Sequence record: NZ_CP071298.1
Length of the DNA: 6,677 bases
Strand: one strand, 5' to 3'
From: a plasmid
A program made the translations under genes and the position numbers. Below the pieces are notes generated by a model. That model saw only the letters and a list, made by a program, of their open reading frames with translations. It did no database searches and had not been told where the DNA came from. Positions 1-5,675 of this stretch are shown piece by piece (the first letter of the stretch is position 1; the number at the start of each line of letters is the position of its first letter).

Positions 1-397
1 TTTTGAAAGCCATGCGTCTGACATCTATCTGATTGTTGAAGAAGGATTCTACAAGCGTACCTTGGATATTCACCGAACACTAGGGTTGCTCTTGCACACT
101 CAAGTCTCGATTCAGCAATTGCTTAAGCTGCCAGCGGAATGCTTTCATCCTAAACCAAAAGTAAACAGTGTCTTAATAAAACTTACCCGCCATACCACAG
201 ATGTTCCAGATAAATATTGGAAGCTATATACGTACTTTGTTTCAAAATGGGTCAATCGAGAATATCGTCAACTGTTTACTAAAAATCAGTTTCATCAAGC
301 AATGAAACACGCCAAAGTAAACAATTTAAGTACCGTTACTTATGAGCAAGTATTGTCTATTTTTAATAGTTATCTATTATTTAACGGGAGGAAATAA
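1..397 (+). CDS. ermB: Erm(B) rRNA methyltransferase, 3' part (continuation of 6337..6677); stop TAA at 395-397
   Basis: Frame 2 translation [131 protein letters not shown] is the Erm(B) C-terminus. Combined with 6337..6677 the length is 738 nt, i.e. 245 aa plus stop, which is the canonical Erm(B) length. Confidence 0.95.
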
Positions 398-401
398 TTC
401 T

Positions 402-533
402 ATGAGTCGCTTTTGTAAATTTGGAAAGTTACACGTTACTAAAGGGAATGTAGATAAATTATTAGGTATACTACTGACAGCTTCCAAGGAGCTAAAGAGG
501 TCCCTAGCGCCTACGGGGAATTTGTATCGATAA
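402..533 (+). CDS. Small conserved ORF downstream of erm(B) (Tn917-type ORF3, 43 aa) MSRFCKFGKLHVTKGNVDKLLGILLTASKELKRSLAPTGNLYR
   Basis: ATG at 402 with GGGAGG (386-391) 10 nt upstream; the RBS overlaps the ermB stop. Its 3' end lies inside the internal direct repeat. The longer call in the ORF track (342..533) would overlap ermB. Confidence 0.5.
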   Translation: MSRFCKFGKLHVTKGNVDKLLGILLTASKELKRSLAPTGNLYR

Positions 534-569
534 GGAATAGATTTAAAAATTTCGCTGTTATTTTGTACA
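499..569 (+). repeat. Internal direct repeat, a copy of the Tn917-like left-end sequence (DR-A)
   Basis: ggtccctagcgcctacggggaatttgtatcgataaggaatagatttaaaaatttcgctgttattttgtaca aligns with 5715-5785 with about 5 differences or indels over roughly 71 bp. Confidence 0.85.
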
Positions 570-584
570 ATAAGGATAAATTTG

Positions 585-618
585 AATGGTACCATAAACG
601 ACCGTTTATGGTACCATT
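585..618. repeat. Perfect 34-bp palindrome aatggtaccataaacg-ac-cgtttatggtaccatt; candidate resolvase crossover subsite and/or bidirectional terminator
   Basis: Arms of 16 bp around a 2-nt centre, followed by a T-rich tract (ttcattttcc). The motif TTATGGTAC recurs at 712-722 just upstream of the resolvase start. Confidence 0.55.
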
Positions 619-751
619 TCATTTTCCTGCTTTTTCTAAATGTTTTTTAAGTAAATCAAGTACCAAAATCCGTTCCTTTTTCATAGTTCCTATATAGTTA
701 TACTTAATGAGTTATGGTACATTTAAATTATAAAATTAAGGAGGTTTTTTT

Positions 752-838
752 ATGATTTTTGGCTATGCTCGAGTGAGTACGGATGATCAAAATCTTAGTT
801 TACAAATTGATGCACTTACTCATTATGGAAATGTTTAG
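752..838 (+). pseudogene. tnpR: Truncated serine resolvase (tnpR/beta-recombinase family), only 28 codons: MIFGYARVSTDDQNLSLQIDALTHYGNV*
   Basis: Strong RBS AAGGAGG at 738-744 and ATG at 752. The N-terminus YARVSTDDQ carries the serine-recombinase catalytic Ser motif. There is a premature stop after 28 aa, so the catalytic domain is incomplete. Confidence 0.8.
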
Positions 839-843
839 AACTT

Positions 844-874
844 AGTAGTCGTCCAAAAACGACTACTTTTTTTG
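844..874 (+). terminator. Rho-independent terminator (agtagtcgt-ccaaaa-acgactact + T7)
   Basis: Perfect 9-bp stem, 6-nt loop, then a run of 7 T. Confidence 0.75.
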
Positions 875-876
875 TT

Positions 877-896
877 GAATCGTCCGAGGACGATTC
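877..896. repeat. Inverted repeat gaatcgtc-cgag-gacgattc
   Basis: 8-bp perfect stem. The arms AATCGTC/GACGATT recur with swapped order at 1020-1046. Confidence 0.4.
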
Positions 897-1014
897 GATG
901 CTTTTGACTTGTAAGAACAGGATTGAATGAAGCCATACTGTTCGCATATTTTTAGTGGATGAACAAACAAAATACGAGAGATTTTTTGTTCGTTTATCCA
1001 TGGTTTTAGAAAAA

Positions 1015-1055
1015 AGAGGGACGATTTCGGAAGAAGAAAATCGTCTCTTTTTTTC
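1015..1055 (+). terminator. Stem-loop agagggacgattt...aaatcgtctct followed by T7; terminator-like
   Basis: Stem of about 11 bp with a 2-nt bulge, a 10-nt loop, and a T-run at 1048-1055. Confidence 0.45.
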
Positions 1056-1088
1056 TTCTTTTTGTATGACAAAAAGAAAGATCTTTTG

Positions 1089-1112
1089 CCCATTTTATAA
1101 AAATAAAATGGG
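1089..1112. repeat. Hairpin cccatttta-taaaaa-taaaatggg
   Basis: 9-bp perfect stem. Confidence 0.4.
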
Positions 1113-1191
1113 TAGGTGGCGTTTGCGTAAAGCAAATCGACACAATCCAAAGGGAATAAAAGGGGAAAGTGAAACTTCCCCCTTTTCAAGC

Positions 1192-1233
1192 CACATTGTA
1201 ATACAAGAACGAAGTGCTTTGTATTACAATGTG
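1192..1233. repeat. Long inverted repeat cacattgtaatacaa-(12 nt)-ttgtattacaatgtg
   Basis: 15-bp perfect stem with a 12-nt loop (gaacgaagtgct), in a non-coding region. Confidence 0.6.
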
Positions 1234-1512
1234 ATAGCTTGCAGTATTTGTGGTATTATATTCTCTATTTTGTTAGGGGGATTGCAACCGCATAGGGCGC
1301 AATCCTTATTACAAAATCAATGACAAAGGGCGATTGAGGAATGAGCGCTGAGGCATTTTATTTTTAAAAAAAACTATTTATAAGTTCGAAATATGTATCA
1401 CAACTTTAATACGTGCTATCCAACTTTAAGAGAAGGACATTGATTCTTAGAACTATTCTCTTTTTGGTTATTGCTGAAAGCAATTTCTGATACCTATTTT
1501 TTGAGCAAATTA

Positions 1513-1550
1513 ACACCACTTTTTAGAGTGGTGTGTAAGTGCGCATTGTC
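1513..1550 (+). other. Candidate origin of transfer, MOBQ/RSF1010-like: inverted repeat acaccact-ttttag-agtggtgt immediately followed by GTAAGTGCGCATT
   Basis: The arrangement of an inverted repeat followed by a TAAGTGCGC core resembles the nick region of IncQ-type oriTs (TAAGTGCGCCCT). No relaxase gene is present in the window. Confidence 0.5.
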
Positions 1551-1736
1551 CTTATTTCATTCGGACTTCTGAATTTTAAAAATAAAGATTTTATTTCTTA
1601 ACTTCTCAATGCAGATATTAAATTATTTTATAAATTTGAGCGTACTTTTTGGAACTTCATTGTTTTTAAAAGCCTTTTGTATTTTAGATGGGCTTTTTGA
1701 CGCTTTACAGACCTTTTAAGGAGTTTTAAAACGAAT

Positions 1737-1815
1737 CAGGTAAACTTATTAGGGCTAACACTTAAAAGGGCTTAGAAAGCAAAATATGAGCTTTTAGAAT
1801 ATCTCTTACTTTTAT
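1737..1815 (+). repeat. Degenerate direct repeat copy 1 (caggtaaacttattagggct...gcttagaaagc...acttttatc)
   Basis: About 75% identical to 1936-2010. The shared blocks are caggtaa, gcttagaaagc and acttttat. Confidence 0.45.
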
Positions 1816-1935
1816 CTTTAAATAATCATTTTGCTATCCAGCGATAAAGATCAGCAAGTTCTATCAAAAGTTCTAATCGATTTTTTTATACCCTAGATAG
1901 CCATATAAGACTTTCTAGGGCATTTTAATTTATTT

Positions 1936-2010
1936 CAGGTAACTTAATTATGGGTATTGATAAAAAGTGCTTAGAAAGCGAATTAGGTCATTCTGTACTT
2001 TTATGGTTTT
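1936..2010 (+). repeat. Degenerate direct repeat copy 2
   Basis: Aligns with 1737-1815. The flanking motif cttttgac(n)ttaca also recurs, at 1694-1709 and 2014-2034. Confidence 0.45.
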
Positions 2011-2062
2011 AATCTTTTGACTTTTGCCTTACATTTTTAAAAAAATAAAAAAAGGCGAAGCC

Positions 2063-2089
2063 TTATATATATTTATCTTATATATTTTA
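2063..2089 (+). repeat. AT-rich tandem 12-13 bp repeats (ttatatatattta / tcttatatatttta) upstream of the iterons; origin AT-rich region
   Basis: Typical for the AT-rich half of iteron-type theta origins. A small hairpin aaggc-gaa-gcctt precedes it at 2052-2064. Confidence 0.4.
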
Positions 2090-2149
2090 ATCTTTTGTTC
2101 TTTTGCGTGCTAAAAAAATTAGTGTTTATAGGGTTTTACAGAATTTAAT

Positions 2150-2232
2150 GTGGGCAAAAAACTGTGTATACGTGGGCAAAAAACTGTGTATACGTGGGCA
2201 AAAAACTGTGTATACGTGGGCAAAAAACTGTA
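2150..2232 (+). repeat. Origin iterons: 22-bp direct repeat GTGGGCAAAAAACTGTGTATAC, three full copies plus one partial
   Basis: Perfect copies at 2150-2171, 2172-2193 and 2194-2215, and a 17-bp partial at 2216-2232. They lie directly upstream of the rep promoter, the classic arrangement of Rep_3 theta replicons of lactic acid bacteria. Confidence 0.88.
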
Positions 2233-2247
2233 CAAAGTCCACATATA

Positions 2248-2299
2248 TGTTATAATAAAAGCATAGAGAAAATTCAGCGCGAAATGACTTTCTCTATGC
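2248..2299 (+). promoter_or_regulatory. rep promoter (extended -10 TGtTATAAT at 2248-2256) with an 11-bp perfect inverted repeat operator gcatagagaaa...tttctctatgc (2261-2299)
   Basis: Extended -10 with a weak -35. The IR lies between the -10 and the RBS AAGGAG (2320-2325) and is a likely Rep autoregulation site. Confidence 0.55.
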
Positions 2300-2333
2300 C
2301 ACCTTAAAATCACTCACAAAGGAGTAACTTACT

Positions 2334-3494
2334 ATGCCTATTATACCAGAAAATCAAAACAAACAAAAGCAGGTGCTAACCTTGAATGACCTTGAAAAAC
2401 GCAAAGTAGTGGAGCATAACAGCCTCATTACCTCAATAGCCAAAATGGATAAAACGCCCTTGAAAATGTTTGAATTGGCGGTGTCTTGCATTGATACGGA
2501 AAAACAACTGGAAGATAATACGGTTTATCTTTCTAAAAGAGACCTTTTCGCTTTCTTTAAGGTGTCTGATAATGACAAACACAGTCGTTTTAAAGAAGCG
2601 GTTGAGAAAATGCAGAAACAAGCCTTTTTCAAAATCAAAGAAAAAAAAGATAAAGGTTTTGAGTTTGAAAATATTGTGCCGATTCCTTACGTCAAGTGGA
2701 CAGATTATAACGATGAAGTGTTAATCCGTTTCAGTCCTGAAATTATCCCCTACTTAGTCAATCTCAAAAAAAATTTCACGCAACATGCCTTATCTGACCT
2801 TGCTGAACTCAATAGCAAGTACAGTATTATCTTATATCGTTGGTTATCCATGAATTATAACCAATATGAGCATTACAGTTTCAAGGGCGGACGGAGAGAA
2901 GAACAAGTGGAAAGCTACCGCAATCCAACTATTTCTATAAAAGAGTTACGTACCATGACGGATACCGTAAAGTTATATAAAGAATTTAGAGATTTAGATA
3001 AAAGAGTTTTAAAAGAATCGTTGGAAGAAATCAACACTCACACCTCTTTTAACGTGTCTTATGACAAAGTGAAAAAAGGGCGAAGCATTGATTCTATTGT
3101 CTTTCACATCACGAAGAAACACCGAGCAGACGATAACAGCTACAAACTAGAGGACAAAACGTATCAAGAAGCGAAAGCCCAAAAAGAAGAATCTGAAAAG
3201 GACTTAGTCTTTAAAGCAATGGAAAGCAAATATACTAAATTGCTTATTGAAAATTTCCTTTTATCGCCCTATGAAATGACTGATACAGCACTTATGGCAG
3301 GTTTGCAAAAAAATGTTTATCCAAAGTATGACGAACTCAAAACATTACGAGGACTTGAGGGGGTCAAGAAGCACCTCTCATACGTTCGTGAGAAGCAAGA
3401 ACCTTATTCAAAAGGGAACATTGCAAAGTATCTTAAAAAGGCAATTGAACAGTACCTACCAACGGTTAAAAGGCAGGACATAGAAAATGAATGA
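2334..3494 (+). CDS. repB: Theta-type plasmid replication initiator, Rep_3 family (RepB-like), 386 aa
   Basis: RBS AAGGAG 8 nt upstream of the ATG. Sits immediately downstream of the iterons. Size and N-terminal winged-helix-like region are typical of iteron-binding Rep_3 initiators. The charged C-terminal half is typical too. Confidence 0.85.
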   Translation: MPIIPENQNKQKQVLTLNDLEKRKVVEHNSLITSIAKMDKTPLKMFELAVSCIDTEKQLEDNTVYLSKRDLFAFFKVSDNDKHSRFKEAVEKMQKQAFFKIKEKKDKGFEFENIVPIPYVKWTDYNDEVLIRFSPEIIPYLVNLKKNFTQHALSDLAELNSKYSIILYRWLSMNYNQYEHYSFKGGRREEQVESYRNPTISIKELRTMTDTVKLYKEFRDLDKRVLKESLEEINTHTSFNVSYDKVKKGRSIDSIVFHITKKHRADDNSYKLEDKTYQEAKAQKEESEKDLVFKAMESKYTKLLIENFLLSPYEMTDTALMAGLQKNVYPKYDELKTLRGLEGVKKHLSYVREKQEPYSKGNIAKYLKKAIEQYLPTVKRQDIENE

Positions 3495-4074
3495 AAACTA
3501 CAAAACCATAAAGGAACTTGCGGATGAGTTAGGTGTGAGTAAATCATATATTGATAAAATAATACGCATACTGAAATTGCATACTAAATTAGATAAAGTA
3601 GGTAATAAGTATGTGATTTCTAAAACACAAGAGAAGTCTATAAAAAATAGGCTTCTTTCGTCTGAATCAACAACTAAATCACACACTAAATCGACAACTA
3701 AAACGCATACTGAAGTTGATTTTGAAGTCGATTTTTTGAAAGAAGAAATCTTATATCTTAGAAAGAGTCACGATAAACAATTGACCAACAAAGATAAGCA
3801 GATAGAAACTTTAAGTAATCTTTTAGATCAACAACAACGACTAGCCTTACAAGATAAAAAGTTGTTAGAAGAATACAAAGCAGAAAATGACAGCTTAAAA
3901 GCTCTTAAAATGCCTACACAGGAAACAGAATTCAAACACTTAGACAATCAATATAAAGATGAAGTGAACGCTCTTAAAGAGAAGTTGGAAAATTTGCAGG
4001 AACAACTCAAAGTTCAAAAAAGGATAGAAGAACAAGAAAAACCAAGAAAGTGGTGGGGACTATGGCGAAAATAG
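3487..4074 (+). CDS. Replication-associated HTH/coiled-coil protein (OrfX-like), 195 aa
   Basis: Start overlaps the rep stop by 8 nt. The N-terminus TIKELADELGVSKSYIDKIIRIL is HTH-like. Residues from about 90 onward are heptad-rich coiled coil (LKEEILYLRKSHDKQL...LKEKLENLQEQLKVQKRIEEQ). This is the usual position of orfX in lactococcal-type theta replicons. Confidence 0.7.
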   Translation: MNENYKTIKELADELGVSKSYIDKIIRILKLHTKLDKVGNKYVISKTQEKSIKNRLLSSESTTKSHTKSTTKTHTEVDFEVDFLKEEILYLRKSHDKQLTNKDKQIETLSNLLDQQQRLALQDKKLLEEYKAENDSLKALKMPTQETEFKHLDNQYKDEVNALKEKLENLQEQLKVQKRIEEQEKPRKWWGLWRK

Positions 4075-5303
4075 ATGATTCAGTTAAAAAGAAAGTTCCT
4101 GAATTGCGATTTGCGGGGTTTGCTGACGATTGGGAAGAGCGTAATCTTGGTGAGTGGTCCGATGTTCGTGATGGAACACACGCTTCACCGAAGTATATTA
4201 AGCAAGGTCACCCAATGGTTACATCTAAAAATCTAACCGATTCTGGTTTAGACATGTCCGATGTTTCTTATTTAACTGATGAAGATTTTAATGAAATTAA
4301 CCAGCGATCAAAGGTTGATATCGGAGACATATTATTCGGAATGATTGGAACAATCGGAAAACCTGTAATCGTTGATAGAGATGACTTTGCAATCAAAAAT
4401 GTTGCATTGATTAAAGAGAAAACATCGCCAGAAATTATCAATACCTGGCTAATTCAATATTTAAAGTCGCCCTCATTTGAACGCTTTATCCAAAAGGAAA
4501 ATGCCGGTGGGACCCAAAAGTTTATTGCTTTGGGTTTGATTCGTGATATGAAGCTGATGACACCTAGTGTTCAGGAACAGGCCCGCATTGGTGAACTGTT
4601 AAATCATCTGGACAACCTTATCGTTGCTAACCAGCATAAGTTAGATTTATTGAAAGAGCAGAAAAAAGGATACTTACAAAAAATGTTCCCTAAAAATGGG
4701 GCTAAAGTTCCTGAATTGAGATTTGCGGGGTTTGCTGACGATTGGGAAGAGCGTAAGTTAGGTCAATATACTAAGTTAATTACTAAAGGAACGACGCCTA
4801 AGGATAAAACAGGTATTGGTGATGTTAATTTTGTTAAAGTTGAAAATATAACCAATGGTAAAATTTATCCTATTAATAAAATAAAACAAAATGAACATGA
4901 CAATTATTTAAAAAGATCTCGATTAGAAGAAAAAGATATTCTATTTTCAATAGCAGGTACATTAGGTAGAACAGCAATTGTAAATAAATCAATATTACCA
5001 GCTAATACTAATCAAGCTCTAGCGATAATAAGAGGGTATGATTTTGATACCAATTTTCTTATTACATCGTTATCTGGAAACGTCGTAAAGGAATATATTC
5101 GACGTAATCCAACAGTTGGTGCGCAACCTAATCTTTCTCTTGAACAAGTAGGTAATTTATTAGTTAATACACCAAATGCTGAAGAACAACAAAAAATCGG
5201 TTCATTCTTTAAACAATTAGATGACACTATCGCTCTTCATCAACGTAAGTTAGATTTATTGAAAGAACAGAAAAAAGGCTTTTTACAAAAGATATTTGTT
5301 TAG
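4062..5303 (+). CDS. hsdS: Type I restriction-modification specificity subunit HsdS (two target-recognition domains), orphan
   Basis: Conserved blocks are duplicated around two variable domains: KKVPELRFAGFADDWEER (twice) and HxxKLDLLKEQKKGxLQKxF (twice). This is the circularly symmetric HsdS architecture. ATG at 4062, or the alternative in-frame GTG at 4050, overlaps the end of orfX. No hsdM or hsdR is present in the window. Confidence 0.9.
   Translation: MAKIDDSVKKKVPELRFAGFADDWEERNLGEWSDVRDGTHASPKYIKQGHPMVTSKNLTDSGLDMSDVSYLTDEDFNEINQRSKVDIGDILFGMIGTIGKPVIVDRDDFAIKNVALIKEKTSPEIINTWLIQYLKSPSFERFIQKENAGGTQKFIALGLIRDMKLMTPSVQEQARIGELLNHLDNLIVANQHKLDLLKEQKKGYLQKMFPKNGAKVPELRFAGFADDWEERKLGQYTKLITKGTTPKDKTGIGDVNFVKVENITNGKIYPINKIKQNEHDNYLKRSRLEEKDILFSIAGTLGRTAIVNKSILPANTNQALAIIRGYDFDTNFLITSLSGNVVKEYIRRNPTVGAQPNLSLEQVGNLLVNTPNAEEQQKIGSFFKQLDDTIALHQRKLDLLKEQKKGFLQKIFV
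4092..4144 (+). repeat. hsdS intragenic direct repeat 1a (53 bp, N-terminal conserved region)
   Basis: aaagttcctgaattgcgatttgcggggtttgctgacgattgggaagagcgtaa is identical to 4704-4756 except for one base. Confidence 0.9.
4637..4670 (+). repeat. hsdS intragenic direct repeat 2a (34 bp, central conserved region)
   Basis: taagttagatttattgaaagagcagaaaaaagg matches 5246-5279 with one mismatch. Confidence 0.9.
4704..4756 (+). repeat. hsdS intragenic direct repeat 1b (central conserved region)
   Basis: Partner of 4092-4144, with 52 of 53 bases identical. Confidence 0.9.
5246..5279 (+). repeat. hsdS intragenic direct repeat 2b (C-terminal conserved region)
   Basis: Partner of 4637-4670. Confidence 0.9.
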
Positions 5304-5341
5304 GGTCTATAATTAGATAATAACCCCTAAGAAATTAAGCA

Positions 5342-5388
5342 AAAACAGCCCTTATACTTATAAGATATAATTATAGGGGCTGTTTTTT
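5342..5388 (+). terminator. Rho-independent terminator after hsdS (aaaacagcccttata...tataggggctgtttttt)
   Basis: Stem of about 15 bp with one mismatch, a 15-nt loop, and a T6 run. A/T runs on both sides make it potentially bidirectional. Confidence 0.7.
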
Positions 5389-5405
5389 ACAAATTTATAA
5401 AAAAT

Positions 5406-5434
5406 AAAGCATTTATATAAATGCTTTTCTTTTT
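5406..5434. terminator. Perfect 22-bp palindrome aaagcatttat|ataaatgcttt followed by tcttttt; bidirectional terminator candidate
   Basis: Perfect hairpin with a T-rich 3' flank on the plus strand. It lies about 85 bp downstream of the minus-strand small ORF (5647..5519). Confidence 0.5.
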
Positions 5435-5518
5435 GAAATATAACAGAATTTGTAGTTTTAAGATAACTTATCTATCTCAGCTATCTGTATTTTTTCTTCA
5501 ATTTAAACTAAAATAGAC

Positions 5519-5647
5519 TTATTGGAAAACTTTGCAACAGAACCACAAATCTATCCAAAAGGATTGACTATCCTGTCGCTCATTTCCTCTATTTTCCCAT
5601 CTTTTAATAAAATCTTTGGCTTGTTTTTTTTGTTCTCGAACGTCCAT
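5519..5647 (-). pseudogene. Short ORF (42 aa) MDVREQKKQAKDFIKRWENRGNERQDSQSFWIDLWFCCKVFQ; likely N-terminal remnant of an MmeI-family (type IIG/type ISP-like) restriction-modification enzyme
   Basis: The motif A.DFIKRWE......SQ.F.IDL..VF resembles the first 35 residues or so of MmeI-family enzymes, which I recall as AIEFSKRWEDASDENSQAKPFLIDFFEVFG. The ORF stops where the nuclease domain would begin. It has a GGTGA RBS and its own promoter and terminator. Confidence 0.35.
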
Positions 5648-5675
5648 TATGTCACCATTTTTCTTTTAATACTTA

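Larger units (their letters stand above)
1..829 (+). mobile_element. Tn917-like fragment, part 2 (3' part of ermB, ORF3, internal DR, res-like region, 5' stub of resolvase); junction with unrelated DNA near 829/830
   Basis: The resolvase ORF diverges from the expected resolvase sequence after ...ALTHYG and terminates. Downstream DNA is a terminator and unrelated hairpins. Confidence 0.6.

Noticed and set aside
62-397. ORF-track CDS of 111 aa starting at Met62
   Set aside because: This is an internal Met of erm(B). The true gene begins at 6337 and wraps around the circular junction.
342-533. 63-aa version of the ORF downstream of ermB
   Set aside because: The 5' extension overlaps the ermB coding end and has no RBS. 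The ATG at 402 has a GGGAGG RBS and gives the 43-aa ORF3.
377-622. Minus-strand 81-aa ORF
   Set aside because: It is antisense to ORF3 and the direct repeat, starts inside the palindrome, and has no RBS. It is most likely a chance ORF.
619-684. Minus-strand 21-codon ORF MKKERILVLDLLKKHLEKAGK followed by the palindrome
   Set aside because: It has only a weak RBS with 3-nt spacing and lies in the probable res region. It is kept as unlikely.
987-999. DnaA-box-like cgTTTATCCATgg (and ctatcca at 1418 and 1843)
   Set aside because: It matches the TTATCCACA consensus at only 7 of 9 positions and is not clustered. Rep_3 theta replicons need not carry DnaA boxes at these positions.
816-1323. ORF-track CDSs 816..1001(-), 863..1189(-), 955..1323(+)
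   Set aside because: They have low-complexity translations and no credible RBS. They overlap one another and are threaded through strong hairpins and terminators. They are treated as non-coding.
1688-2010. Tiny ORFs (13-20 aa), e.g. ATG 1688 and ATG 1949, in the non-coding region
   Set aside because: They are not conserved between the two degenerate repeat copies and have weak or absent RBSs.
2119-2724. ORFs 2119..2313(-), 2433..2621(-), 2470..2724(+)
   Set aside because: They overlap the iterons or are nested out of frame or antisense within the rep gene. The rep frame is far better supported.
3498-3686. Minus-strand 62-aa ORF inside orfX
   Set aside because: Antisense to a well-supported CDS, with no RBS.
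4050-4061. GTG at 4050 as the hsdS start
   Set aside because: The ATG at 4062, preceded by GGTGGGG, is the more conventional start. Both overlap the end of orfX, and I cannot resolve which is used from sequence alone.
5012-5227. Minus-strand 71-aa ORF inside hsdS
   Set aside because: Antisense to the conserved HsdS TRD2 and C-terminal region. Spurious.
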